A stretch of 64,000 bases of DNA from Takakia lepidozioides (lineage: Eukaryota; Plantae; Bryophyta), in NCBI GenBank assembly GCA_030704615.1, contig CM060731.1, positions 30,070,001-30,134,000 on the forward strand. The letters are read 5' to 3'. A program made the translations under genes and the position numbers. This document shows positions 35,926 through 48,395 of this stretch, piece by piece. The notes beneath the pieces are model-generated. The model did not search any database, had not been told where the DNA came from, and saw only the letters and a program-made list of their open reading frames with translations. Each line of letters starts with the position of its first letter. The first letter of the stretch is position 1.

Positions 35926-38900
35926 TGATTCTATGGATCGTGTAACCCTAGTAGGCTGTGTTGAGCTGTGTCATACTGTGTTACGTTGTGATAGGCTGTG
36001 ATGCACTGTGGTAAGCTGTGATAGGCTGTGACACGATGTGGTAGGTTGTGATAGGCTGTGTTGCGCCGTGCTGGGCTGTGATAGGCTGTGTCACGTTGTG
36101 ATGGGTTGTGATAGGTTGTGCTTTGCCTTGATGGGCTGTGATAGGCTGTGTCACGTTTGTTTTTCCCGCCCTGGTCATATATGCTCGGCCTAGCGACAAG
36201 TGCTCCATACTCCGTTCGTAACACTGGTGCAGCCCGTGACTGCTCTTGCGGTTCAACATGCAAATCATGCTGCAAGGGTTTGTCATGGATACCACTGTAC
36301 CCTTCAACTTATTGGCATTGACTCTTCCCAGCATTTCTTTGTTAATGGTTTGTAACATGGCGGTGTTGTTATCATACATCTTTTGTATGACATAAGGTCC
36401 TTTCCATGGTGATTTAAGCTTAGAAGCTTGAATCTTTCCTTTCTTCTGCAACCATAGAACCAAATCCCCCGTCTTAAAAGTCTTTAACTTGCCTTCATCA
36501 AACTGTTCCTTTCTCTTCATCTGAATTCTGGTCATATTATCAGCTGCATCAGCACGTACTTCTTCCACATGGTATAATTCATGTTTCCTGACCTTGATGG
36601 AGTCTTGCAATTCCATTCTCTTTCCCCACTCCGTTCTCATGGTAGGTAACAGGAATTCCACTGGAAGTAAGGCTTCCATACCATAAACTAATTGGAATGG
36701 TGTATACTTAGTGGTGACTTTATATGAAGTCCTGTATGACCACAAAGCTGTCAGCAGCTTTGTATCCCAATCCGTTCTGTTTGCATTGACTATCTTAGCC
36801 AAGATAGTACATAGTATTTTGTTGGTAGCCTCTGCCTGCCCATTACCCTGTGGGTAATATGTTGTACTTTTTCTATGCACAATCATGAACTCTTTAGTCA
36901 ACAACTCAATGGTCTCATTCATGAAGTGACTTCCCTGATCACTGATAAATTCTAAGGGACAGCCAAATCGTGTAAGTATGTTCTCGTACAGGAACCTTGC
37001 TGTGGACTTGGCTGTGTTGTCCCTCAAAGCTTTAGCTTCCACCCACTTTGTAGTATAATCAGTGGCTGTAATTATGTACCTGTTTCGTGTATTCTTGGAT
37101 GGTGGGTTAATTGGTCCAACAAAGTCTAGTCCCCATTTCTGAAATGGTTCCGTAGGCATTGTAGGATGCAAGGCCATCCTTCCAGATCTCTGCAAAGGTC
37201 CTAGCCTCTGACATTCATCACACTTCTGACAATACTCGTGTACATCTTTGAAGTAGGTCACCAGTATCCTGCGAGTAGTATCTTCCTACTGGTAGTCTCT
37301 TCTCCAAAATGACCTCCAGCCACTCCTTTATGAACTTCCGTCAAAACTTTATTGACTTCATGGTGGTACAAGCATCGTTTTAGTACTCCATCAGGTCCTA
37401 GCTTATACATTCTGCTTCCTACCATAGTATAAGGTAAAGCTTTGATAGCGATTCTCTTCTCTCTGCTCCTTACCATAACTAGGTGGGCACTGACCATGAG
37501 CAAGGTAGTATCTGATTGGCCACTGCCAATCTAACCAGTCATCCGCACTTCCCTGCACCTCCACTGCAAAGAGACTCGCATCTGGTAATTGATCATCTAT
37601 TCCTGTGGCTGGTTCTCCTGTTGACAATCGTGACAAATGATCCGCCACAAGATGCAGTCTCCCAGGCTTGTAAACAACCTCGAACTCAAACTCGTGCAAG
37701 ATTATCAACCATCTTGCTATTCTTCCGCTTATCAGAGGTTTGTTTACCAGGTATATCAGAGCCTGGTGATCCACATAGAACATAAACTTCTTGCCCAACA
37801 GGTAATGCCTGAATTTCTTCACTGCATAGATCATTGCCAATGCTTCTCTTTCCGTTGTGCTATAGTTCCTTTCAGCACTGTTCATCAACCGGCTAGCATA
37901 GTACACAGGTGAATCTATATTCCCTGTAACATTTTGGGCTAACACCGCTCCCAACGCTTCTCCTGATGCATCGCAGTGAACATGGAATACTACATGCCAG
38001 TGAGGGTTAATCAGCACAGGTGTAGTTGTTACTGACAGTGTAAGTTCCTCAAACGCCTGTTGACATTCAGCTGTCCAGGCAAACACTGCATCTTTCTTCA
38101 GTAGTTTGCTCAATGGTGCTGCTATTTGTGCATACCTTTTGACAAATCTCCTGTAATAACTGGTTTGCCCAAGGAATCTCCGTAGACTTTTAACATTCAC
38201 TGGTGGTGGAGAGGCTTTAATGGACTCTGTCTTTCTGGGATCCACAAGGAGTCCCTTCTTACACACAATGTGTCCCAGAAGCACCCCTGAGTTCACACAG
38301 AAAGTACACTTCTCTGGATTCAGGCCCAGACCTCTCATCCTGCATCTGGCCAAACATAACTCCAATTTATGCAAGTGCTCATTCTTAGAGCTGTACACAC
38401 TGAAATCATCCAAGAATACCTGCATGAAATCATCCAGATACTCATAAAAAGATTCACTTATCACTCTCTGAAAGGTCGCTGGTGCATTACAAAGTCCAAA
38501 GGGCATGACTTTGTATGCATAAGCCCCCATCTGTGATGAAAGCTGTTTTCCCTTGGTCTTCTTCTACCACTTGCACTTGATTATAACCACTGAAGCCATC
38601 CATGAATGAGTACATCTCATGGCCTGCCACAGTGTCTAATACTACTTCTGTGAATGGCAAAGGGAAAGGATCTTTCTTTGTACAAGCATTCAGCTTCTTA
38701 TAGTTCACACATACTCTTAGTTTGCCATTCTTCTTGGGAACTATAACAATGGGTGACAACCAAGTTGTATACTCTATTGGGTATATAAACTTAGCCTCAG
38801 CCAACTTCTTTATCTCTTCTCCAACCTTCTGTGCGTAGTTGGGATTCATTCTGTACCTCGCCTGCTTGATTGGTACTGACCCTGGTTCCAGTTCAATCTT

Positions 38901-41900
38901 ATGCTGACAAACTTCAGGTGGTATCCCTTTTAGATCCTCATAGCTCCAAGCAAATACATCTCTGTATTTGATGAACAAGCTTTTAGCTTCTTCGAAGAAT
39001 TCCGGCTCCAAATCAGCTCCTACTTTCACCATCCTCGGTTCCTCTTTAGTGCCCACATTCACTTCCCTCACCTGCTCATCAGCTGTGATTGTCCAACCAG
39101 TCACCACTTCATCCTGTAAGCTCACAGTGGCAGGTTCTTCTAGGATTTCTATTTCTCCTTCTCTTTCTTCATAGAAATGTGATGGGTAAATGCTGGTTTC
39201 CTCTTCAGTTGGTGTTGCTGTCACTACACCACAGCAGATACCTCTCAAACAACTTAGGCTTTCCAGCCGCATCTCTGCAACCTGCTCCCACTCTCGGTGT
39301 GCAGCAAATAAGGTAGCTTCCTGCTCCTCATCCAGTCCTCCTTTCCAGTCATACTCTCTGACTCCTCGAGGTCTTCTTGTAGCAGGTAATCTACTAGATT
39401 TCTTTGTGGTAATTTGTATCTCGTGTATCCCATTATGCACGGTTAGTAACTGAGAATTCCAGTCATGGAATACCCTGGTCTGTTTCAGCCACGGACGTCC
39501 CAATAATAAGGAGTAAGCCTCCATGACTTCATCCATTTCCAACACAGTTACTGTGATCATAAAGATCATCTTCTGTATCTGTATCTTAACTCCTCTTATT
39601 AATCCCAATGGCTGTACACTTCTTTGATCTGCCATTGTTACTGTAAATGGGGCTGGTTTCATGTTACTTAGACCAAGCTTCTTCCTTAATTGGTCTGTCA
39701 TGATATTTACTCCAGAACCACCATCTATCAGTACATCAGTTAGTTCTGTGCTTCCAATTCTCAATTGGATTACTGGCATAGAATCATCAAAGTCCATGAC
39801 TGTTTCTCGCCCTTCCGGCTTCACATTATAACTGGTCACCTTGCTGTTCAGGTCTGTGTTTCCTGTCTCCTGGGCAATTCGATTGATTGCTTGATACAGC
39901 CTGTGCCTACAATAAGGTGCCACAGCTAATAGCTGTCCAATGGTAATTTCTGCTTTGGTCTGGCATATTACTTCAGCCAAAGTCTCTTCATTACTTTGCA
40001 TGTCTGCATCTTCTTTCTTCCTTTCTTCCTCACTCCTTCTTTTTCTCCATCAGAATCAGAGGAATCTGCCACAGGAATATCAGTACTCTTTTGCATTTCC
40101 CTTATAGTATCTGCCACTTCCTTGTGCAGTTCCTTCTCATCTTTCCAAGTCTCTTCATCTTCAGGCATATCATTGCCACTTCCAGTCTCATCTTCTTCCT
40201 CTTCTACTGGAGGTATTAGTTTGGCTTTACTTCTTGTTACTATCATTGTACTTACTTCTGGTACAACACATGGCCTAACCATGTGAGCTGCCACCACTGG
40301 GCCCTCATTCACATGAGCTCTCATCTCATTCTGGTGTCTTATCCAGAATGAACAGGCTGCCTTGCGATGTCCTGGCTGATTACAATAGTAACATAGCTCT
40401 TCACCATTGGGTCCTCGCCCTTGGTCTGTTCTTGGATTATTTCTATAATCCTGATTCCCGGGCTGGTAATTCCCCCTTGGATTACCCTGATAGTTGCCTC
40501 TGGAATTTCCTTGGTAATTCCCTCTTGAATTACCTCTCCCTTCCATGCCATTGTTATAACCACCAGACCTACCATAGTGGTCCTGATCATTGTTTCTTCT
40601 TGGCTGGGGCTGCACCTGATGCACCCTTACTTGCCTAAATTCTCTTGCAGCTGTCCTTCTGTTGTAGTAACAATTCTCAGTAGAATGGTTATCCATTTTA
40701 CAGATAGTACAGTGTTTCTCCTTCATGTGGCATTCTGTGGTGGTATGGCCTTCATTCTGGCACTTTGCACACCATACACCCTTCCTCCAATGTGTTGCAG
40801 GCTCTGTGGCATACTTCTTCAAGATTTCTTCCAATTTTTTTCCATAGTTATCCCTCTTCAATTTCTCCTTTCTCTTACTCTTTCTTTTTAGTTCTTGCTC
40901 TTCTTCTTCATTTGACTCATCCTCAGAGTCCTCATCTTCCTTTTTCTCTCTCCTGAGCATTCCCAATTGCTCAATTCTGTTTGCAGTTTCAAATGCCTCC
41001 TCCACTGTATTATGGGGTAACATATCCACTTTCTTTTGCAACTCTGATCTTAGTCCACTCACAAACCAAGTCTTCTGTAAACCGGGTGCTGGTACTGCAG
41101 CCAGCTTTTTCATCATCAATTCCATCTTCTCCATATACTCTTCAACAGTTTCATGCTTCTTCTGCTTCAGCTGTTGTAAACTTCCATACTCTTCATCCTC
41201 AGTTTTACTTGTCCTGAACCTATTTCAAAATGCTGTATTCAAGCCATTCCAGGTTAGGAAATGATTATCAGGGAATCTGCATACCATTCACTTGCTTTCT
41301 TGATAAGTGAACAAGGAAACAGTCTCATCTTGGCATCATCGCCATTCTCATTGTTCACTATACACATGTGCTCAAATTGGCTAATGTGTACATCGGGATC
41401 CCCTTTTCCTGAATATATTGGAAAGGGTGGTTTTGCCCGTGTTGGTTGTAACGCCATCTGTGGCCCTACCTTCTGCCCACTGACAGGTGCTGGCACCCTT
41501 GCTGGTGCTGGTCCTTTTGGACCTGTTGTTTTTGTGGTGGATCTTCCACCAAGTGGTGGCCCTTGAGCACTCCCTGCTTCTGGCCCCACGATATTCACAG
41601 TATTCCCAGCTTCAGTTGCACTACTTCCCACACTCCCTGTCCCCCCAGAGCTAGATCCAGGCAGCCCGCCTGATCCCCCTGAGCCGACACCTTCGTTGGC
41701 CTGTGATCCAAGTGCTCCACTTGATCCAGGTCCAACGGGTTGGGATGTCCTGGTTGTAGTCTCAACCTCAGCTGTTGGGTCTACTTCTTCATATTCTTCC
41801 TCTTCTAATTTCTTCTCTCTGTTTTCATCCTCCAAGTTCTGCCCTTGGGTTTCTTCTTCACTCATGTAACTCAACTGTAATGGTGTTGGAGAGTCTGAAC

Positions 41901-41904
41901 TCTC
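35926..41904 (-). pseudogene. pol: G1 copy 2 gag (3' part) and pol, frameshifted
   Basis: Same gag, PR, RT, RH and INT motifs as copy 1 (ORFs 41254, 39968, 38487, 37403, 37258, 35981). Confidence 0.95.
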
Positions 41905-42814
41905 TGTCGTGCGCATACATATCGCTACACAACTACATCGCTGTCCAAAACCACACAACACATGTGCACACCACACACTAGTATACCACTAGTCTACCAC
42001 TAGTCCAGCCACTAAGCCAACCACTAGGCTACAACTAGTCAGTCACTAGGCTGCCACTACGCTGCCCACTATGGCAGTCACTAGTCCACACAATGATAAA
42101 GAAGAAGAATACAAGCACAAGCTCATGCGAGCTCACAAAGCTGAAGCATAAACTCATGCATATATAACCTCATCACTCAAATACAAGTCAAGCCAAGTGC
42201 ACCCCACGCCATGGGGAATCCACACTACGGCGCCATAGCTAGGCGCGGTGAGGCTCAACTCGAGAAAGATGAGCCTCCCGCGCTTGCCGTGAAGATAACC
42301 ACTCCAGGGCCTAAATCTGCCTTGACCCCTGGATTGACACTTGGGCCAATCCCAAATGTCAATATGTAAAAGCTAGCTATTTCCTAGCTAGTTTCACACT
42401 AGTGGTAAAATAACTTGACAGCTGTCGTGCGCATACATATCGCTACACAACTACATCGCTGTCCAAAACCACACAACACATGTGCACACCACACACTAGT
42501 ATACCACTAGTCTACCACTAGTCCAGCCACTAAGCCAACCACTAGGCTACAACTAGTCAGTCACTAGGCTGCCACTACGCTGCCCACTATGGCAGTCACT
42601 AGTCCACACAATCGCCCCCTAGCTGGTGCTTAGGTCCCTCTAAGTCCAGGTAGCCACAAGATGTGATAGTGACCATAGCCTCACTAAGTCCTCCACCACT
42701 ATCCCTACTACACTCAAACTCGATAGATCAAGAGGCCGGGTGCAAGAGTTGCCCCATCGTTAGTCGCCGTCTTGCAACCTGTGAACTTGAGCTTGGGATC
42801 TCATGTATTGACTC

Positions 42815-44179
42815 CTATGAGCTTGACCTCCCATGTCTTGTTAGCTGCCTCCAGTCATGTCCACTGCCACTATCCCAAGCAGTGTGGACACAACCAATCT
42901 CCATCAGGAACCTTCTCAAGGGTGGTGTCAAGCATCCCATATGCCAACCCCTTGAGCACCGATCACACACCAGCATGGTGGCTGCCCCTTTGGCAGACCC
43001 ACAGAGCATGCACCTCAAACCTGCAGGTACCACTGCCAAGTTTGGGTCAACTCTGCCATCGACATTGGGAAGGTGACATGGCGCACAATTATGCACATGG
43101 TCTTTCCAAGTCATGCCATCCCGACCCTCTAAGATCACGACCCCTGAGGGCAACACCTCTCGAACCCTCAGAATAACACGCCCTGCAGTAACATCCAGAG
43201 TCGTAGGAGCAGTCTGCTGCAAATAAACATAGTCACCAGGGCTAAACCTCCGAACCCCAGGACGATATCCTCCACCACGTATAGTGGCATACCTCAACGT
43301 ATCACGGTGCTGTGCAATGGCAAGGTTCTCAAAAGCCATGGGCATGACTTTCTTGAACAACTCTGCACGCTGATCACATGCACGTACCCACACGTCCGGA
43401 TCGTCAAGGTTAAGGACTTGAGCAGTGTCCCTACGAATGGCTGCAGGCAAATCCGGCTCTCGGCCAAAGAGAAGGAAATATGGTGAGAAGGAGGCAAGTG
43501 ATGCTTGTTTGCTGAACCTGTAGCCCATGGCTAACCAAGGAACCTGAAGATCCCAATCTCCTAGGTGTCCCTTCTGCAAGCCATACTTGCGCAAACCCCT
43601 CTTCACCGTCTGAACAACTCTCTCTGCTAAGCCATCGGCCTCAGGATGATCCCGAGAAGTGGTGCGGTGGTCTATCAAGGCTTTATCACACAAAGCCTGA
43701 AACTCCCCCAAGAACTCTCTCCCTTGGTCCGTGAGTACCTCAGCTGGAGCACCAAATCGGCTAAGCACACGATCCAAGAATGCATACGCAGCCCCCTCAC
43801 TAGCCTTGTCAGGCAATGGAACCAACTCAATCCACTTGGAGAAGTGCTCCACCATCACCAACACATATCTGTGGTGGCGCATAGTCAGTGGCAACGGTCC
43901 TGCGAAGTCAAGACTCCATCTGTAGCCCAATCCCATGATAGGTAAAGGATGCAACTGTGGTGTAGGGGCGTTAAACGAAGCACGCACCCTGTCACACACC
44001 ATGCACCTAGCCACAAACTGTTGCACCTCTGTATGCATACCACGCCACCAATACTGCCCCTGCAGTAAACTGTGAGTGCGTCGCACTCCAAAATGCCCCA
44101 ACTCCTCATGGGCATGCCGCACTAACCGTGCACGCTGTGTGGGGTGAGGCACAATCCTCACCCGAATCCCCAACCTCAT
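42815..44179 (-). CDS. G2 DDE integrase with C-terminal PHD finger (1-bp frameshift near the end of the PHD)
   Basis: HEELGHFG...CMVC; WSLDF, LTDQG, GLAERVVQ; CMLC...CDRCSRGWHMGCLTPPL, with PDGDWLCPHC in the adjacent frame. Confidence 0.93.
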   Translation of the reverse strand: MRLGIRVRIVPHPTQRARLVRHAHEELGHFGVRRTHSLLQGQYWWRGMHTEVQQFVARCMVCDRVRASFNAPTPQLHPLPIMGLGYRWSLDFAGPLPLTMRHHRYVLVMVEHFSKWIELVPLPDKASEGAAYAFLDRVLSRFGAPAEVLTDQGREFLGEFQALCDKALIDHRTTSRDHPEADGLAERVVQTVKRGLRKYGLQKGHLGDWDLQVPWLAMGYRFSKQASLASFSPYFLLFGREPDLPAAIRRDTAQVLNLDDPDVWVRACDQRAELFKKVMPMAFENLAIAQHRDTLRYATIRGGGYRPGVRRFSPGDYVYLQQTAPTTLDVTAGRVILRVREVLPSGVVILEGRDGMTWKDHVHNCAPCHLPNVDGRVDPNLAVVPAGLRCMLCGSAKGAATMLVCDRCSRGWHMGCLTPPLRRFLMEIGCVHTAWDSGSGHDWRQLTRHGRSSS

Positions 44180-45632
44180 CCATCACAGCCGCCTTGGCTG
44201 CCAACTCCCTCTGAACCTCAAGCACCTCCCACGTGTGCCATGGATGCATGCACCCCGTGGTCTTCATATGCTCGCCCCCACTCACTGCCTGTACCGTCTC
44301 GGTAGGCAGAGAGACCATTGAGGGAAGTGTATTCCGCACTCTGCGTTGCTCAGCTAGAGCCAAGCTGATAATCCAGGTCAAGCAATTGAGATCCATTGCT
44401 TGCCCCAACACTTGACGACGTGATGCCTCAGAAAGAGACGACACCGCCGTGATACCAGTGGTAAAACCCATTGCCCGCTCACGCTTGTCAGCATTAGGCT
44501 CCACTAATTGCTGCAACTGAGCATCCCACAGGAGGCCAGGTCCACTATCCCGGAAAGCATGCGATCCTGGGAAGCTGAGCAGTGTAGGTAATGCTGCTCG
44601 TGGTTGACCCACCTTGTTGACCACTGCCAAAGGCGAACGGTCATCGTGTCTCACACGTTGAGACTGCCTCCCTGTGTCCAGAATGTTATCCACTGTGAGA
44701 TGTGCTGGCCGCTGCACCCCATCAAATGCACGCTTGAGCAGTGCGGGTGGCATCATGTTAGTCCACCATAGCCGTGGACGATGAGCCCGTGACCCCACTG
44801 TAGCTGCATCTAGCAACACTGCTGACCCAAGCCACGACCGGACTTGATGCACACTGGCCATCACCCTGGCCCGAGAATCGCCCATCAGTGGCACATTCTC
44901 CAAGATGTATGCTGGAGATACAGCTTGATGAAGCTGCAAGTGGCGCAAAACCCGCACCATCTCCCAAAACAGACCCGACCTCGAGTCTCGCAATCCATTG
45001 CCATGCCCGGCTGATGAATGCCCTTGGCAGGGCCAACCTGCCACTACCAGATCAATGGAGCCAACCCGCTCCAAATCCTGCACCCCCAGCAACGAAATGT
45101 CTGCTGGCAAGGCCTGCTGATATCCACGAATTGCAGACACCGACAACAACTCAGGGTACCGCTGCACCAACTGAGCAACATGGCGAAGTGAAACGCGTCG
45201 TGCAGTCTCATCCCTCTCCACATACAGGTAACGCCGAACTCGTACACCTGCCTGTAATACAGCAGCCAATCCGGTGCTGATCCCACCAAACAAGTCCAGA
45301 AGACAAATGCCTTCATCCGGATACTGCCACACAATAGGTGTAGTGTCCAATGGAGACAATTGAGGTGGTCCTGGTGCAATCCCCACACTCTCCTCCTCTC
45401 TTGACGGTACAAAAGCCTCTACCCAGGCTTGTTGCACCCGTCGATCAGCATCCCGCTGCAAATCCTTGCTCGTGCCCCAGAATGGAGTCTGAGCAACCAT
45501 GGTAGGCAACTCCGCCATACCATACATGTTATCCTGCTCTCCCGGAGGTGGTACATCCTCTGAATGAGCATTGCCCTCAAGCAACTCTCTAGGCCAACTC
45601 ACTGCCGCTGTGAATGCTGCTAGTGTCGGCAT
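44106..45632 (-). CDS. G2 C5-cytosine DNA methyltransferase domain
   Basis: Motif I LDLFGGI, II YVERD, IV VAGWPCQGHS (catalytic PC), VI YILENV, VIII HRPRLWW, IX ERAMGF, X LGQAM; canonical order, uninterrupted. Confidence 0.93.
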   Translation of the reverse strand: MPTLAAFTAAVSWPRELLEGNAHSEDVPPPGEQDNMYGMAELPTMVAQTPFWGTSKDLQRDADRRVQQAWVEAFVPSREEESVGIAPGPPQLSPLDTTPIVWQYPDEGICLLDLFGGISTGLAAVLQAGVRVRRYLYVERDETARRVSLRHVAQLVQRYPELLSVSAIRGYQQALPADISLLGVQDLERVGSIDLVVAGWPCQGHSSAGHGNGLRDSRSGLFWEMVRVLRHLQLHQAVSPAYILENVPLMGDSRARVMASVHQVRSWLGSAVLLDAATVGSRAHRPRLWWTNMMPPALLKRAFDGVQRPAHLTVDNILDTGRQSQRVRHDDRSPLAVVNKVGQPRAALPTLLSFPGSHAFRDSGPGLLWDAQLQQLVEPNADKRERAMGFTTGITAVSSLSEASRRQVLGQAMDLNCLTWIISLALAEQRRVRNTLPSMVSLPTETVQAVSGGEHMKTTGCMHPWHTWEVLEVQRELAAKAAVMDEVGDSGEDCASPHTACTVSAACP

Positions 45633-47014
45633 CTTGCCTCGCTGGGCCCTTGGCCTGCACCTTGTGGCTGGCCACCTCGTCCTCTCTGGGCTGCTCCACC
45701 TCGCCCCCGGCCACCATTGTTCCCTTGGAACTGGCCTGGGCGCAACTCAGGATGCAAACCATAACACTGGGCCTCTCCATGCCCGTGCTTGCCACAATGC
45801 CCACACTGCAATTGTGCAGGCTGTGCATGTGCCGGCCCTTTGCCTCCCTCTGGGCAATCCTTCTTGGCATGGGGTCCTCCACATGTCCAGCACACCACAT
45901 CCGCCCGTTGTTGGCCAGCAAATGAAGGGAGAGACCCCTGCATCTGAGGTCCTCTCTGCCCTTCCCTGAGCTTCACCTGAGCCCCCTTGTTGCCTTGAGC
46001 ACGTTGAGGTAGTGGTTGGCTAGGAGCACCACTACCCCGTGGTGTCTCCTTAGCAAATCCCACCATGACCACTCGTTCCTCCACCATGTTGAGCTCTATC
46101 CGCTCTGCCAGCAAAAACACATTTGCTAAGGTGGGTTGGGCCGCTTGTAGGAGAGTTGCATCCCGCACCCTTCTCCTCAGCTCCTTGTCCAATATCCCAT
46201 ACCAGAATTGGACTGCCTGAGCTTCCGTAACCCCTTGGGTTACATTTATCAAGCGCCTCATGCGAGTGAAAGCCTCCCTCAAGCTCTCGGTCGGCTTCCG
46301 TTGGAACTCTTGCAAGCTCCGCAACTTCTCTGTCCTCACCCCTTGGTAGTTCCCTCTCAACTCTTCGAAGAACTCCACAACAGGGTTGAAGGCAGGCACG
46401 GGTGCTAGTGCTGGTGCGGTAGTGGCTTGGGTGGACGTCGTAGCTACTGTACCACCAGTCCCACTGCTGCTTGCTGAAGCTGCCGGTGCAGCGGCAGGTG
46501 TAGCCACTGCCCTCGTGGCTCTAGTGCCCCTAGTGATGGAAACATAGTCGGGTGACCAGTACATCCTCCACTCCTCGATCTCAACCTCATGCCCCCGCCT
46601 GAACTCATGGTAATCATCCATAGGCGGCCCCTCAAGGTGCTGAAACAGCCCTTTCCATGCCATGAACGGCGTAAATAGTTGTGGATTGCGCATTTGCTGC
46701 AAATCACACCAACTATCAAACTCTTGGATAAAATCATCCAACTCAATGGTGCCCACCGCCCCAGAGTACCTTTGTGGCCCCTTGGTAGCTCCATACATCT
46801 CCTCCATTGTGTCCCACAATAATGGCAAAGAAACAACTTGCACCGCCGGTATGAGCCCTCCTGATTCACAATCCGAATCAGAACCTTCCGTGGAAGACAC
46901 AGGAGGTGAAGGTGGCCTAAACCGCACACCTCGTCTCGTGTACCCACTAGTATCGCTAGTGCTCGAACCGGCACTGTCCCCAGCAACTAGTGGCACCTCC
47001 GTGTTGACACTCAA
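45620..47014 (-). CDS. gag: G2 gag with two CCHC-type knuckles
   Basis: FQRKPTESLREAFTRMRRL...FWYGILDKELRRRV; CWTCGGPHAKKDC; CGHCGKHGHGEAQC; followed by an RGG-rich stretch. Confidence 0.85.
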   Translation of the reverse strand: MSVNTEVPLVAGDSAGSSTSDTSGYTRRGVRFRPPSPPVSSTEGSDSDCESGGLIPAVQVVSLPLLWDTMEEMYGATKGPQRYSGAVGTIELDDFIQEFDSWCDLQQMRNPQLFTPFMAWKGLFQHLEGPPMDDYHEFRRGHEVEIEEWRMYWSPDYVSITRGTRATRAVATPAAAPAASASSSGTGGTVATTSTQATTAPALAPVPAFNPVVEFFEELRGNYQGVRTEKLRSLQEFQRKPTESLREAFTRMRRLINVTQGVTEAQAVQFWYGILDKELRRRVRDATLLQAAQPTLANVFLLAERIELNMVEERVVMVGFAKETPRGSGAPSQPLPQRAQGNKGAQVKLREGQRGPQMQGSLPSFAGQQRADVVCWTCGGPHAKKDCPEGGKGPAHAQPAQLQCGHCGKHGHGEAQCYGLHPELRPGQFQGNNGGRGRGGAAQRGRGGQPQGAGQGPSEARCRH

Positions 47015-47299
47015 CCGGTCATGAACATGTCCCTAACCCCCTCTCCACAAGGTAACCGGGTAGAGAACCTGTTGCGGCTTATGGTTTGGAATACTAAGTT
47101 CCTAACATAGCCTACACCTGAACTTGCATGACCATGGGAATATCATGAAGATACTCCTCAAACCGCCCTCCACGAGCTTCAAAATTCGGCCTTCCAGACC
47201 ACATGCCAGTCCTTAGTCCACCAGTGCCTCCACGAGTCAGCACAGGCCATCCACAGGTCAACACGGGCCACCACAGACCAGCACAGGCCCACACAGCTC

Positions 47300-48395
47300 A
47301 CTGGTCACAGCCGTCACAGTCCCACAGGCCACTGGGCACAGCCTGTCACAGCCCCTCACAGCTCGTCACAGCCTCAAAGGCCTCAGGCACAGCCTGTCAC
47401 AGCCCCTCACAGCCCGTCACAGCCCCAAAGGCCTCAGGCACGGCCTGTCACAGCCCCTCACAGCCCGTCACAGCCCCAAAGGCCATGGGCACGGCCTGTC
47501 ACAGCCCCTCACAGCCCGTCACAGCCTCAAAGGCCTCAGGCACGGCCTGTCACAGCCCATCACAGCCCCAAAGGCCTCAGGCACGGCCTGTCACAGCCCA
47601 TCACAGCCCCAAAGGCCTCAGGCACGGCCTGCCACAGCCCCTCACAGCCCGTCACGGCCCCAAAGGCCTCAGGCGCGGCCTGTCACAGCCCCTCACAGCC
47701 CGTCACAGCCCCAAAGGCCATGGGCACGGCCTGTCACAGCCCCTCACAGCCCGTCACAGCCTCAAAGGCCTCAGGCACGGCCTGTCACAGCCCCTCACAG
47801 CCCGTCACAGCCCCAAAGGCGATGGGCACGGCCTGTCACAGCCCCTCACAGCCCCTCACAGCCTCAAAGGCCTCAGGCACGGCCTGTCACAGCCCCTCAC
47901 AGCCCATCACAGCCTCAAAGGCCATGGGCACAGCCTGTCACAGCCCGTCACAGCCCCACAGGCCTCAGGGCACAGCCTGTCACAGCCCCGCACAGCCCGT
48001 CACAGCCCCAAAGGCCACTGGGCACAGCCTGTCACAGCCTGACACAGCCCGTCACAGCCCCACAGGGCACAGGGCACAGCCTGTCACAGCCCATCACAGC
48101 CCATCACAGCCTCAAAGGCCTCAGGCACGGCCTGTCACAGCCCCTCACAGCCCATCACAGCCCCAAAGGCCATGGGCACAGCCTGTCACAGCCCGTCACA
48201 GCCCCACAGGCCTCAGGGCACAGCCCGTCACAGCCCCAAAAGGCCACTGGGCACAGCCTGTCACAGCCTGACACAGCCCGTCACAGCCCCACAGGGCACA
48301 GGGCACAGCCTGTCACAGCCCGTCACAGCTCGCCACAGCCTGACACAGCCCGTCACAGCCCGTCACAGCTTGCCACAGCCTGTCACAGCCCCACA
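47300..48395. repeat. Complex tandem repeat of TCACAGCCC-type units (about 50-bp higher-order unit) in the G2 5' leader
   Basis: cacggcctgtcacagcccctcacagcccgtcacagccccaaaggcctcagg and variants. Confidence 0.95.
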
